Shown: in pieces, positions 26,414 to 36,391 of the stretch
Numbering within the stretch: position 1 is the stretch's first letter
Layout of the letters: each line of letters opens with the position of its first letter
From: an uncultured Gammaproteobacteria bacterium
Lineage (GTDB): Bacteria > Patescibacteriota > Microgenomatia > Daviesbacterales > UBA10151
Assembly: GCA_964405065.1 (NCBI GenBank)
Contig: CAYOMO010000001.1
Coordinates: forward strand, 1-63,836
DNA: 63,836 nucleotides
Direction: 5' to 3'
Made by a program: the position numbers and the translations under genes
The notes under the pieces: model-generated
Told to the model about the DNA's origin: nothing
Database searches by the model: none
Seen by the model: only the letters and a program-made list of their open reading frames with translations

Positions 26414-27385
26414 ATGAGTGTAATGACATCGATTAAAAAAAATCTGGTTGGAAAAAAAATACTTCTAACCGGAGGTAGCGGTTTTTTGGGAAATCATGTA
26501 TATCTGCAATTAATTAAACTCGGTGTTTCTAGAGATGATATTTTTGTCCCGAGATCAAAAGAGTTTGATCTGCGTAAAAAAAGTATTTGTCGGCAGTTGA
26601 CTAAGCCCGCTGATTTAGTAATTCATTTAGCAGGTAACGTCGGTGGAATTGGAAAAAATAGAGATTTACCAGGCACCCTTTTTTATGACAACCTTTTAAT
26701 GGGGGTAGAGCTGATTGAAGCGGCACGTTTGAATAAAGTTAATAAGTTTGTTTGTATTGGCACTATTTGTGCTTATCCCAAGATTACTCCTATTCCATTT
26801 AAAGAAGAGGCTCTATGGGATGGCTATCCTGAAGAAACAAATGCTCCTTATGGTTTAGCTAAAAAAATGTTGTTAGTTCAACTTCAGTCATACAGGCAGC
26901 AATTTGGATTTAATGGGATTTATCTTCTACCAGTTAATCTATATGGGCCAGGTGATAATTTTGATCCAGACTCTTCGCATGTTATTCCAGCTTTAATAAA
27001 AAAAATATCCGAGGCGGAAAAGGCTAAAAAACCAGCAATAGATGTTTGGGGAGATGGTTCGCCAACCAGGGAGTTTCTGTATGTCGATGATGCAGCTTTA
27101 GGAATATTAAAAGCTACAGCTTTTTATGACAAAGAACATCCGGTCAATTTGGGTTCTGGTTTTGAAATATCTATTAAAAAATTGGCAAATTTGATCGCTT
27201 CATTGCTCGGTTATTCAGGTCAAATTGTTTGGGATGTTACAAAGCCAAATGGTCAGCCTCGTCGAAAGCTTGATGTCAGTCGAGCGGAAAAAGAGTTTGG
27301 TTTTCGGGCTAAAACAGATTTTGAACAAGGAATTAAAAAAACCATTAATTGGTATTTGAAACAAAGGAAGTATGAGCATTTATAA
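26414..27385 (+). CDS. fcl: GDP-L-fucose synthase (GDP-4-keto-6-deoxy-D-mannose 3,5-epimerase/4-reductase)
   Basis: 323 aa. [14 protein letters not shown] Rossmann motif, NAPYGLAKK (YxxxK), and [23 protein letters not shown] ... [18 protein letters not shown]. These align closely with my memory of E. coli Fcl ([23 protein letters not shown] ... VWGSGTPMREFLHVDDMA). Confidence 0.88.
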   Translation: MSVMTSIKKNLVGKKILLTGGSGFLGNHVYLQLIKLGVSRDDIFVPRSKEFDLRKKSICRQLTKPADLVIHLAGNVGGIGKNRDLPGTLFYDNLLMGVELIEAARLNKVNKFVCIGTICAYPKITPIPFKEEALWDGYPEETNAPYGLAKKMLLVQLQSYRQQFGFNGIYLLPVNLYGPGDNFDPDSSHVIPALIKKISEAEKAKKPAIDVWGDGSPTREFLYVDDAALGILKATAFYDKEHPVNLGSGFEISIKKLANLIASLLGYSGQIVWDVTKPNGQPRRKLDVSRAEKEFGFRAKTDFEQGIKKTINWYLKQRKYEHL

Positions 27386-28790
27386 CAATGCGGTAAAAAA
27401 ACACTTTGATAAATTTGCCCCAAAGAGAGAATATTACCAACAACTAAACCATTATTATCATCAAAGTTTAAGAGAGCTATGTGCTTTTTTTATCCCTAAA
27501 TCTTCGGTTGTATTACAGTTGGGATCTGGAACTGGTGATCTACTTGCTTATCTACGACCAAAAAAAGGATTTGGTATAGATATATCCGGAGCAATGATCA
27601 AAATTGCTCAAAAAAAACATCCCGCCCTGCAGTTTAAGCAAAGTGATGTTCAAACAAGTACATTTAATAGCAAGTTTGAATATATTATTTTGACTGATCT
27701 GATTGGTCATTTAGGTGATGTTCAAAAAACATTCGAAAATATTAAAAAAATGTCAAATGCTGACACTCGAATAATTATCACTTACTACAATTTTTTGTGG
27801 GAACCATTAGTGGTATTAGCAGAAAAGCTGGGTTTAAAAATGCCAAATCCAATCCAAAACTGGCTATCGTTAACAGATATTCAAAATTTACTTTTTTTGG
27901 CTGATTTGGAGGTGGTTAAAAAAGGAAATTATTTATTATTGCCTATCTATATACCTATTATTTCGACCCTTGTAAATAAATATGTGTCTCGTTTACCAAT
28001 TATTAAACAGTTGTGCTTGGTTCAGTATGTTGTAGCGAGAGTTCGACCGATTAAATCTGCTCAAAATTTAAAGGTTTCGATTATTATTCCGGCAAGAAAT
28101 GAAGCAGGTAATATTGAAGCTGCTGTAAAAAGAACACCAAGATTGGGTAAATGGGATGAATTGATTTTTGTCGAAGGAAATTCCTCTGATGACACAAAAA
28201 AGGAGATCAAAAGGGTGATTCAAAAGTATCAAAAAGAACGCAATTTAGTTTTGATTGATCAAGGCAGAGGACGAGGAAAAGGTGACGCTGTCAGAAAAGG
28301 TTTTGCTAAAGCCAGGGGTGATATTTTGATGATTTTAGACGCTGATCTGACAATGCCACCGGAAGAACTAACAAAATATTATAAAATAATTTCTTCAGGT
28401 ATTGGTGAGTTTGTGATGGGTTCCCGTCTGGTATACCCGATGGAAAATCAAGCAATGAGATTTTTAAATATTATTGGTAATAAATTTTTTTCATTAGTTT
28501 TTAGTTTTTTGCTTGATCAGAAAATAAAAGATACTTTGTGTGGGACAAAAGTTTTGTTCAAAAAACATTACGAACAAATAGTTAAGAATCGAAGTTATTT
28601 TGGTGATTTTGATCCGTTTGGTGATTTTGATTTGATCTTTGGAGCAGCTAAGTTGAATTTAAAAATAGTCGAAGTACCAATTCGTTATAAAGCTCGTACA
28701 TATGGAGAAACCAATATTAGTCGCTTTAAACATGGATTTTTATTGCTTAAAATGGTGATCTTTGCTTCTCGTAAAATTAAATTTGTTTAA
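27372..28790 (+). CDS. Bifunctional fusion: class I SAM-methyltransferase domain + DPM1-like GT2 domain
   Basis: 472 aa. The N-terminal part has [15 protein letters not shown] and [12 protein letters not shown]. The C-terminal part has [69 protein letters not shown] and [13 protein letters not shown]. Confidence 0.8.
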   Translation: MSIYNNAVKKHFDKFAPKREYYQQLNHYYHQSLRELCAFFIPKSSVVLQLGSGTGDLLAYLRPKKGFGIDISGAMIKIAQKKHPALQFKQSDVQTSTFNSKFEYIILTDLIGHLGDVQKTFENIKKMSNADTRIIITYYNFLWEPLVVLAEKLGLKMPNPIQNWLSLTDIQNLLFLADLEVVKKGNYLLLPIYIPIISTLVNKYVSRLPIIKQLCLVQYVVARVRPIKSAQNLKVSIIIPARNEAGNIEAAVKRTPRLGKWDELIFVEGNSSDDTKKEIKRVIQKYQKERNLVLIDQGRGRGKGDAVRKGFAKARGDILMILDADLTMPPEELTKYYKIISSGIGEFVMGSRLVYPMENQAMRFLNIIGNKFFSLVFSFLLDQKIKDTLCGTKVLFKKHYEQIVKNRSYFGDFDPFGDFDLIFGAAKLNLKIVEVPIRYKARTYGETNISRFKHGFLLLKMVIFASRKIKFV

Positions 28791-28791
28791 T

Positions 28792-29619
28792 ATGAATTCT
28801 TTAGTATCAGTAATTATTACAACCAAAAATGAACAATTAGTTATTCAAAGATTGTTAGAAAGTATTACTACACAAACATATCACCCAATTGAAATTATTG
28901 TGGTTGACAATAAATCTATTGATAAAACTAGAACTATTGCTAAAAAATTTACTAAACACGTTTATACTGCTGGACCGGAAAGATCGGCTCAGCGTAATTA
29001 TGGGGCCAAAAAAGCTAATGGAGCGTTTTTATTTTTTTTGGATGCCGATATGGAGTTGTCAAAAAATGTAGTAGCCCAAAGTGTAAAAGTTATTACCAAA
29101 TCAGCCAAAATTGGCATGGTAATAGTCCCTGAGATATCTATCGCCCAAAAATATTGGGAGAAAGTTAAAGCTTTTGAAAGATCATTTTACAATGAGGGTG
29201 GAGATGAACAGATCGATGCCGCCCGTTTTTTTAAAAGAGAGATTTTTGCATTAGTCGGGGGATACGATGAAAATATAACTGGACCAGAAGATTGGGATTT
29301 GCCTGAACAAATACGTTTAAAAGGATACAAATCGGCTCGAATTAAAGCTTGGATTTATCATCATGAAAGAATTAATTCAGTTTGGCAGCTAGGGAGAAAA
29401 AAATATTACTATGGTTTGAGAGCGCATACTTATATGAGTAAAAATAAAGTTTCGGTCATGGGGGCTAAAACAATTTATATTTTAAGACCGGTTTTTTATC
29501 AAAAATGGCGAAAATTATTACAACATCCTCTCCTAAGTGTCTCAATGTTTAGTATGTTAATGATCGAGCAGTTTTGTGGTGGATGGGGTTATTTGTCTGG
29601 AAGGCTTAAAAAGTTATGA
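28792..29619 (+). CDS. Glycosyltransferase family 2
   Basis: ATG 28792 (MNSLVSVIITTKNEQ), 1 nt after the upstream TAA, is preferred over the tracked 28762. Carries IIVVDNKSIDKT, FLDADMEL and GPEDWDLPEQ. Confidence 0.85.
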   Translation: MNSLVSVIITTKNEQLVIQRLLESITTQTYHPIEIIVVDNKSIDKTRTIAKKFTKHVYTAGPERSAQRNYGAKKANGAFLFFLDADMELSKNVVAQSVKVITKSAKIGMVIVPEISIAQKYWEKVKAFERSFYNEGGDEQIDAARFFKREIFALVGGYDENITGPEDWDLPEQIRLKGYKSARIKAWIYHHERINSVWQLGRKKYYYGLRAHTYMSKNKVSVMGAKTIYILRPVFYQKWRKLLQHPLLSVSMFSMLMIEQFCGGWGYLSGRLKKL

Positions 29620-30740
29620 ATATCCTTCAACTAACAGCTCATTTTTCTCCAAATATCGGTGGTGTTGAGACACATTTGAATGATCTGGTAAAAGGACTAG
29701 CTGATAAAAAAAACCAAGTAACTGTTTTGACATATCAACCACTTTCTACCAAAATAAAAGCGGCCTTTTTAGAAAAAAAGCCGCGAGTAATAATAATTCG
29801 CTTACCATGGATCACAGGTTGGTTTTATTCGCTTGTTAATAATCCGATCCTGGAATTTTGTTATCTTTTTCCTGGTTTATTTTTGGCTTATCCTTTTGTA
29901 ATCAGTAAATATCGGATCGAAGTGATCCATTCGCATGGTTTGGTTGCATCAACGGTGGCTGTTTTTTGGAATATAATTTTCAATCGGCGTCTGATAATCA
30001 GTACTCATTCTCTATACCATTTCCCCCGGAAAGGTTTTTATAGACAATTCGTCAGATGGATGCTTTCTCAAGCAGATGTCTGCTTGTGTCTATCAAAAAA
30101 ATCAGTGCAAGAATTAATTCAATTAGGTATTGATCCGGCTATAATTCGCCAGTTTGTTTATTGGATTGATACTAGCTTGTTTAAACCAAAAAAAGTTGAA
30201 AAATTAAAAAAACTACTTGGTCTTGATAAAAAAATGGTTGTGCTGTTTGTGGGAAGATTGATTAAAGAAAAAGGTATTGGAGTTTTATTGCAGGTTTTTA
30301 AGACGGTTCACACTAAAACAGTTTTACTTGTGGCAGGAGATGGTCCGGAGCGGGATGAAGTTATTAAAATAGCCCAACAGTATAAAACAGTTCGATTTTG
30401 TGGGAGCTTATCTGGTGAAGAATTGGTTAATTATTACAATTTGAGTGATGCTTTGATAGTTCCATCAACTCATGAAGAAGGATTTGGTCGGGTGATATTG
30501 GAAGCCTTGGCATCAGGTATTCCAGTTATTGGGTCAAAGCGGGGATCAATCCCGGAAGCATTAGATAAAACAGTTGGTAGATTGATTGATGTTTCTGTAG
30601 AAAATATCAAAAAGGAAATTGCCTATTTAAAGAATCATCCAGATGTGTTAAAAAAGTTGAAGCAAAATACTCGTCAGTATGCTTTAAAAAGATATTCTTT
30701 GAGAAATCTTGAGACAATAATCAAATCTTATGACCATTAA
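29616..30740 (+). CDS. Glycosyltransferase family 4 (GT-B)
   Basis: 374 aa. HEEGFGRVILEALASGIPVIGSKRGSIPEAL contains the E-x7-E motif. ATGA overlap with the upstream gene. Confidence 0.85.
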   Translation: MNILQLTAHFSPNIGGVETHLNDLVKGLADKKNQVTVLTYQPLSTKIKAAFLEKKPRVIIIRLPWITGWFYSLVNNPILEFCYLFPGLFLAYPFVISKYRIEVIHSHGLVASTVAVFWNIIFNRRLIISTHSLYHFPRKGFYRQFVRWMLSQADVCLCLSKKSVQELIQLGIDPAIIRQFVYWIDTSLFKPKKVEKLKKLLGLDKKMVVLFVGRLIKEKGIGVLLQVFKTVHTKTVLLVAGDGPERDEVIKIAQQYKTVRFCGSLSGEELVNYYNLSDALIVPSTHEEGFGRVILEALASGIPVIGSKRGSIPEALDKTVGRLIDVSVENIKKEIAYLKNHPDVLKKLKQNTRQYALKRYSLRNLETIIKSYDH

Positions 30741-31569
30741 ACAACAGCAAACACTGGAAAAGTTACTCGATCATGTTGGTGATATAGCATTACGAAGAAG
30801 AGCCCGTCGGATGGTCAGAGATCTGGATCCAAAACCAGGTGATAAGATCCTTGATGTTGGATGTGGTGATGGCTTTTATTTATTTTTGTTGTCTCATCTG
30901 GGGATTAAGTTATCACTTTATGGGACTGATTTTGATCCATTGGCTTTAAAATCAGCCAAAATCAATTTAAAAAACAAAAAAATTTACTTAAAACAAGCAG
31001 ATCTGATGAAAAAGCTGCCTTTTAAAGATAATTTTTTTAATAAGGTGGTGATGTCTGAAGTTGCAGAACATTTACCAAATGATGTCAAAGGAATAAAAGA
31101 GGTGGCTCGAATATTAAAACCTGGTGGGATTTTATGTTTGACAGTACCAAACGCCAATTATCCACTGCTTTGGGATCCAGTTAATAAGATCATGGAAGCG
31201 ATTACCGGAAATCATATTAAAGACGGCTTTTGGGCAGGTTTATGGTTCAATCATATTAGGTTGTATACAGTGGAACAGATGAAAAAAGTGGTCGAAAAAA
31301 CCAAATTGAAAGTGGAAACTGTTGAATCTTTGACTTTCTGGTGTTTGCCCTTTAATCATCATATTGTGAATTTAGGAGCTCGGGTAGTTTATGCCAAAAA
31401 TACTTCTGAAAAGATAGTTCAAGCAGTGAGTAAATATGAAGTGAATAAACCATTGTCTCCTGTCGTAAAGGCTATTTTTAGTATTTTTCGAATGATCGAT
31501 CGACTGAATGATCTGTATCAACCCAAAAATCAGGGAGCTGGAGTCTATCTTAAGGCGATTAAAATCTGA
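30730..31569 (+). CDS. Class I SAM-dependent methyltransferase (Methyltransf_11 type)
   Basis: 279 aa. Carries ILDVGCGDGFYLFLL (motif I), VVMSEVAEHLPND and LKPGGILCLTVPN. Confidence 0.8.
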   Translation: MTIKQQQTLEKLLDHVGDIALRRRARRMVRDLDPKPGDKILDVGCGDGFYLFLLSHLGIKLSLYGTDFDPLALKSAKINLKNKKIYLKQADLMKKLPFKDNFFNKVVMSEVAEHLPNDVKGIKEVARILKPGGILCLTVPNANYPLLWDPVNKIMEAITGNHIKDGFWAGLWFNHIRLYTVEQMKKVVEKTKLKVETVESLTFWCLPFNHHIVNLGARVVYAKNTSEKIVQAVSKYEVNKPLSPVVKAIFSIFRMIDRLNDLYQPKNQGAGVYLKAIKI

Positions 31570-32651
31570 TGAAAAGCTCGAAAAAGTTTTATTTCTTCAT
31601 TGGCACTGTTGCTGAGTTTAATAAATTAGTTCCTGTACTAAAAGAGCTTCAAAAGAGAAAAATAAAATTTCATATTATTGATTCCGGTCAAAATAAGATT
31701 AATTACCAAGATTTTAAATTGTATTTAGGGAACATCAAACCACTGCTAGTTATAAATCCAAAGGTCAACAAATCATCTACTGTAATTTTTTTCTTTTGGG
31801 CTTTATTTACTCTCATAAAAGGAAGTATCAAATTTTATTCTTTGTTTCAAAATCAGTCTAAGAAAGATATTTATTTTATTATTCATGGCGATACTGTCAC
31901 TTCTACTTTAGGAGCTTTTTTGGCTAAATTGAATGGATTAAAACTGGTGCATATTGAAGCAGGTTATTTCTCTCACAATTTTTTGGAACCTTTCCCCGAA
32001 GAAATTTGCAAACATATTAACTCTTTTTTAGCAGATATAATGTTTGCGCCAACTGATTGGGCGCTGGACAATTTAAAAAATTTTAAAGGACTCAAAATAA
32101 GTACTGGTTATAATACTAATATTGAGTCTTTTTGGTGGTCAATGAAACAAAAAATAAAAATCCCTTTTCTACTACCAAAAAAATATTATTTGTTGATTGT
32201 TCATCGACAGGAACATGTACTTTTAAAGAAAGCCTGGACTAAGAGGATAATGGAGCTTATTATTAAAACAGCAGATAAAAATCTACTATGTGTAGTATTA
32301 AACCATCCACTAACAGTTGAAATAATCCATTCGCTTCAGGTGCCAAAGAAAAATCTAAAAATAATTAGTCAACTATCATATGGGGAATTTCTCAAAGTAT
32401 TAAAAAAGGCAGAATTTATTGCCACTGATAGTGCAACAATTCAGCAAGAGGCTTACTATCTTGGTAAACCATATTTAGGATTGGCTAACTATGCAGTTCA
32501 AACAGAGGGTTTGGGTCAAAATGCCCTATTAAGTAAAGGAAATCCTCAGATCATAAATAACTTTCTGAAGAATTACCTTGCTTTTAAAAAAGCTGAGATA
32601 AAGCCAAAAAAAAGTCCAGCTAAAATAATCGTTGATGAGCTAATGAGTTAG
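31569..32651 (+). CDS. UDP-N-acetylglucosamine 2-epimerase-like protein (WecB/Epimerase_2 family, divergent)
   Basis: 360 aa. Carries [26 protein letters not shown] and [15 protein letters not shown]. These correspond to the GDT, H-x-EAG ... PFPEE and DSGG-QEEA-LGKP blocks of WecB-type epimerases. Confidence 0.65.
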   Translation: MKSSKKFYFFIGTVAEFNKLVPVLKELQKRKIKFHIIDSGQNKINYQDFKLYLGNIKPLLVINPKVNKSSTVIFFFWALFTLIKGSIKFYSLFQNQSKKDIYFIIHGDTVTSTLGAFLAKLNGLKLVHIEAGYFSHNFLEPFPEEICKHINSFLADIMFAPTDWALDNLKNFKGLKISTGYNTNIESFWWSMKQKIKIPFLLPKKYYLLIVHRQEHVLLKKAWTKRIMELIIKTADKNLLCVVLNHPLTVEIIHSLQVPKKNLKIISQLSYGEFLKVLKKAEFIATDSATIQQEAYYLGKPYLGLANYAVQTEGLGQNALLSKGNPQIINNFLKNYLAFKKAEIKPKKSPAKIIVDELMS

Positions 32652-33158
32652 ATCTACTTTGAAAGCTTTTTTTTGATCTTTTTTTCCAAAACGATCTTTA
32701 ATTTTTTTAGCTGGGATTCCTCCAACTATTGAATAAGGAGTAACATTTTTGGTAACAACTGCATTAGCACCAACAATTGCGCCTTTTCCGATTGTCACTG
32801 AGGGCATAATTACTGCATTGGCCCCTATCCAAACATCATCCTCAATAGTAACTTTTCCACCAAAATAACCTTGGAGTTTGATTGGTTTTAGGGCATTTGA
32901 GAAGGAATGATTTTCTGAAACAAGATTTACATTGTACCCAATCAAAACATAATTGCCGATATCTATGCCATTTTGGCCGCCAAGTTTTGTATCTGTATTT
33001 ATTAATACATGGTTACCAATTGAGATATTTTGAGGGCTCATCAGAGTCACATTACTCATGATATGTACATTTTGTCCCATTTTTCTAACAAAAATGCTCC
33101 AAAAAAAAGCTCTCATTGAAGCAAATAGATAAATTGTAGAGCCATATATAAAATTCAT
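32640..33158 (-). CDS. Hexapeptide-repeat (left-handed beta-helix) acyltransferase, WcaF/WbbJ-like sugar O-acetyltransferase
   Basis: 172 aa. Repeated [LIV]-G-x4 units. [49 protein letters not shown] is the classic C-terminal LbH acetyltransferase block. The 3' end overlaps the convergent upstream gene by 12 nt. Confidence 0.8.
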   Translation of the reverse strand: MNFIYGSTIYLFASMRAFFWSIFVRKMGQNVHIMSNVTLMSPQNISIGNHVLINTDTKLGGQNGIDIGNYVLIGYNVNLVSENHSFSNALKPIKLQGYFGGKVTIEDDVWIGANAVIMPSVTIGKGAIVGANAVVTKNVTPYSIVGGIPAKKIKDRFGKKDQKKAFKVDLTH

Positions 33159-33174
33159 CTTGTGTAGCTGAATT

Positions 33175-33187
33175 TATACTATATACT
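33175..33187. promoter_or_regulatory. Tandem TATACT -10-like boxes in a ~37-nt divergent intergenic region
   Basis: TATACT at 33175-33180 and 33182-33187. The second lies 8 nt upstream of ATG 33196. The reverse complement reads TAGTAT/TATAGT toward the minus-strand acetyltransferase gene. Confidence 0.35.
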
Positions 33188-33195
33188 AGGTGAAA

Positions 33196-34242
33196 ATGAA
33201 ATATCCGCTGGTTAGTGTTGTGATAGCTACTTACAATTCTGAAAAAACATTGGTTGCTACTTTAGATTCGCTGAAAAAACAAATTTATCCTAGTAATAAA
33301 ATAGAGATATTAATAATCGATGGTGGGTCGACAGATGCCACACTACAAATCGCAAGACGATATAAAACTAAAATAATTCCTAATCCAAAAACAGAGCTTA
33401 TTTATGCAAAATATCTTGGATTTTATCAGGCAAAAGGCAAGTATTTAATTTTTCTTGATAGTGATGAAATTTTAGATAATAAAAAAAGTATTCAGATTAA
33501 AGTAAACTCGATAAGTAAAAATCCATATATTCGGGCTGTTTTGCTTGGTGGATATAAAACTCTTAAAACAACCCATCCGATTAATAATTATATAAATGAA
33601 TTTGGTGATCCTTTTTCATTTTTTATTTATCGAGAGTCTAAAGGGAATCGTTTTTTGACATCTGATTTTAGCCAAAGATTTTCCAGGCGAGTGCTTTATC
33701 AGGATCAGGACTGTCTGGTGATAGATTTTCAGTATGTCTATCCATTGCCTTTGATAGAATTGTGGGCTGGTGGAAGTATGATTGATCTGCAGTATGCCAG
33801 AAAAGCTTTTCCTCAGATTAAAAAAAATCCCGGGTTATTAGCGCATTTGTTTTATTTATTAAATGATCATGGTTCACTGTTGGCTATTAGCAAAAATGAT
33901 TTTACTTGTCATAATTCAGTTCCAAATTTGACTGCATATTTTAAGAAAATTGCATCAAGAGTTAAAAATAATGTTTTCAATACCGATATGGGGCAAGGTG
34001 GTTTTGGTGGAAGAAATAATTATCAAAATTCACTTTATCGTTTTAAAAAATATGCATTTATTTTATATGCATTATTATTTATCTGGCCTGTTTATGATGG
34101 TTTGTATTTGTCGATTACGAGACGGAAATTGGTATATCTTTTGCATCTTCTATTAACCTGGTATACCATGTGGTTAATTGGCTACTTTAACTTGATAAAA
34201 ATAGTCCGTTTAAAGATCGATATTGGATACTATGGTAAATAA
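33196..34242 (+). CDS. Glycosyltransferase family 2 with C-terminal membrane segments
   Basis: ATG 33196 (MKYPLVSVVIATYNSEKTL) is preferred over the tracked GTG 33190. Carries ILIIDGGSTDAT and FLDSDEIL. The tail is hydrophobic (FILYALLFIWPVY, LLHLLLTWYTMWLIGYF). Confidence 0.82.
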   Translation: MKYPLVSVVIATYNSEKTLVATLDSLKKQIYPSNKIEILIIDGGSTDATLQIARRYKTKIIPNPKTELIYAKYLGFYQAKGKYLIFLDSDEILDNKKSIQIKVNSISKNPYIRAVLLGGYKTLKTTHPINNYINEFGDPFSFFIYRESKGNRFLTSDFSQRFSRRVLYQDQDCLVIDFQYVYPLPLIELWAGGSMIDLQYARKAFPQIKKNPGLLAHLFYLLNDHGSLLAISKNDFTCHNSVPNLTAYFKKIASRVKNNVFNTDMGQGGFGGRNNYQNSLYRFKKYAFILYALLFIWPVYDGLYLSITRRKLVYLLHLLLTWYTMWLIGYFNLIKIVRLKIDIGYYGK

Positions 34243-34269
34243 AAAATATGCTATTATCAAACCAGTTTT

Positions 34270-35391
34270 ATGAATAAAATGCAGGTGCCTTTGGTAAATC
34301 TTGTGGCAAATTACAATGGTATTAAATCTGAAATAGATAGAGCAATTGCCAAGGTAGTCGCGTCTGGTTCTTTTATACTAAACGATGTTGTTGCTGACTT
34401 TGAAAGTCAATTTGCCACTTACTGTGATTCTAATTATAGTGTTGGAGTTGCATCAGGTACAGATGCGCTTTATTTAAGTTTATTGGCTTTGGATGTGAAA
34501 AAAGGTGACGAAGTAATTGTTCCTGCAAATACCTTTATCGCCAGTGTTTATGCAATCCTGTATGCTGGTGCATTACCAGTAATTGTTGATGTTGATGAAA
34601 ATACCTCATCAATTGATGTTTTACAAGTTGAAAAAAAAATAACTTCAAAAACCAAAGTTATTATGCCTGTTCATTTATATGGTAAGCCGGCTGATATGGC
34701 CTCACTTAAAAAAATTGCTAAACAAAAAGGAATTGCAATATTAGAAGATGCCTGTCAAGCCCATGGAGCCATGTATCATGAAAAAAAAACAGGATCATTG
34801 GGTGATATTGCCGCTTTTAGTTTTTATCCTGGGAAAAATTTGGGTGCTTACGGTGATGCTGGAGCAATAACTACCAATTCAGCTTCTTTGATGAAAAAGA
34901 TAAAATCGCTGAGAGAATACGGAGCCAAAAAGAAATATTATTTTGATCAGATTGGATATAATAGCCGGTTAGATGCTCTGCAAGCCAGTATTTTGCGAGT
35001 CAAATTGAGACATTTGGATGTTTGGAATAAAAAACGTCAACGAGCTGTAGCCTATTATCAAAAAAATCTACTACAAGATTTACCATTTATAAAAACTTTC
35101 ACAGAAGATCCCAATGCTAAATCGGTATATCATTTATTTGTTATTCAGGTACCACAAAGAGATGTTTTACAAAAATATTTACTTGAGTATGGTATTCAGA
35201 CAGGTATTCATTACCCGGTGCCGGTTCATTTACAAAAGTCACTTGATTTCCTCGGATACACTAAAAATTCTTTTCCGATAGCTGAAAAATTAGCTTCAAG
35301 TATTTTATCTTTGCCATTATATCCTGAGATTACTAAAGATCAGCAAGACTGGGTGATCGAAAAGATAAGGGATTTTTATTTGCATGATTAA
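34270..35391 (+). CDS. DegT/DnrJ/EryC1/StrS-family PLP-dependent sugar aminotransferase
   Basis: 373 aa. Carries GTDALYLSLLALDVKKGDEVIVPANTFIAS, and FSFYPGKNLGAYGDAGAITT with the PLP-binding Lys. Confidence 0.88.
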   Translation: MNKMQVPLVNLVANYNGIKSEIDRAIAKVVASGSFILNDVVADFESQFATYCDSNYSVGVASGTDALYLSLLALDVKKGDEVIVPANTFIASVYAILYAGALPVIVDVDENTSSIDVLQVEKKITSKTKVIMPVHLYGKPADMASLKKIAKQKGIAILEDACQAHGAMYHEKKTGSLGDIAAFSFYPGKNLGAYGDAGAITTNSASLMKKIKSLREYGAKKKYYFDQIGYNSRLDALQASILRVKLRHLDVWNKKRQRAVAYYQKNLLQDLPFIKTFTEDPNAKSVYHLFVIQVPQRDVLQKYLLEYGIQTGIHYPVPVHLQKSLDFLGYTKNSFPIAEKLASSILSLPLYPEITKDQQDWVIEKIRDFYLHD

Positions 35392-36391
35392 AGTTGGTGT
35401 TATTGGATTAGGTTACTGGGGGCCAAATTTTGTTCGTAATTTTATTCGTCATCCGGATTTTGAAGTGAGGTGGGTATGTGATCTTTCAGATCAAGCTCTA
35501 AAAAAATCCCAGCAATTATATCCCCATATTCCGCAAACGAGTGAATACGAGGTTGTTTTACAGGATCCTGAAATTGATTTAGTTATGGTGGTAACCCCGC
35601 CAGAAACCCATTTTCATATTGCAAAACAGGCCCTTATGCATAATAAACATGTTCTGATTGCTAAACCAATTACCTTGTCATACAAAGACGCACAAGTTTT
35701 ATTAAAATTAGCCCAAAAAAAAGGTTTACTTTTATATGGTGATTTGACTTATTTATATACAGGCGCTGTTAAATATATACAGCATTTTATTAAAAAAAAG
35801 CAGTTGGGAATTCCGCTGTATTATGATTCTACACGGACCAATTTAGGTCTAATTCAAAAAGAGGTTAATGTCATATGGGATCTGGCTCCGCATGATCTAG
35901 CTATAATTGATCGATGTTTTGGTATTTCACCAGTTAAAGTATTGGCTACGGCCTCTCATCATGTTAAAGGTTCTAAAAATTTTGAAATGGCGCATATCAC
36001 TCTGGAATACGATAATGGTTTTATAGCTCATATTCATCTTTCATGGGTATCACCAATTAAACTCAGAACCGTCCTGATTGGGGGGAGTAATAAAATGATT
36101 TTCTTTGATGATATTGAACCAGATGAAAAAATCCGGATTTATGATAAAGGAATTGATGTTATCGATGATGAGATTACCTATATGAAACCAATCTATCGAA
36201 ATGGTGATGTACTGATTCCTAAATTATCCAATGAGGAGGCAATTTATGTTGAGCTTTGTGAAATAGCAAAACAACTTATAAGCAAAAAAATTTCATATGA
36301 AAATGCTGAGATTAATATCAGGATTGTGAAGCTTCTTGAAGCTTGTGATATTTCTATCAAAACCGGTAAGAAAGTTTTACTTCGAAGATAA
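35384..36391 (+). CDS. Gfo/Idh/MocA-family NAD(P)-dependent sugar oxidoreductase (WbpB/GnnA-like candidate)
   Basis: 335 aa. N-terminal KVGVIGLGYWGPNFVRNF Rossmann motif, and the usual two-domain length. Overlaps the aminotransferase gene by 8 nt. Confidence 0.78.
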   Translation: MIKVGVIGLGYWGPNFVRNFIRHPDFEVRWVCDLSDQALKKSQQLYPHIPQTSEYEVVLQDPEIDLVMVVTPPETHFHIAKQALMHNKHVLIAKPITLSYKDAQVLLKLAQKKGLLLYGDLTYLYTGAVKYIQHFIKKKQLGIPLYYDSTRTNLGLIQKEVNVIWDLAPHDLAIIDRCFGISPVKVLATASHHVKGSKNFEMAHITLEYDNGFIAHIHLSWVSPIKLRTVLIGGSNKMIFFDDIEPDEKIRIYDKGIDVIDDEITYMKPIYRNGDVLIPKLSNEEAIYVELCEIAKQLISKKISYENAEINIRIVKLLEACDISIKTGKKVLLRR

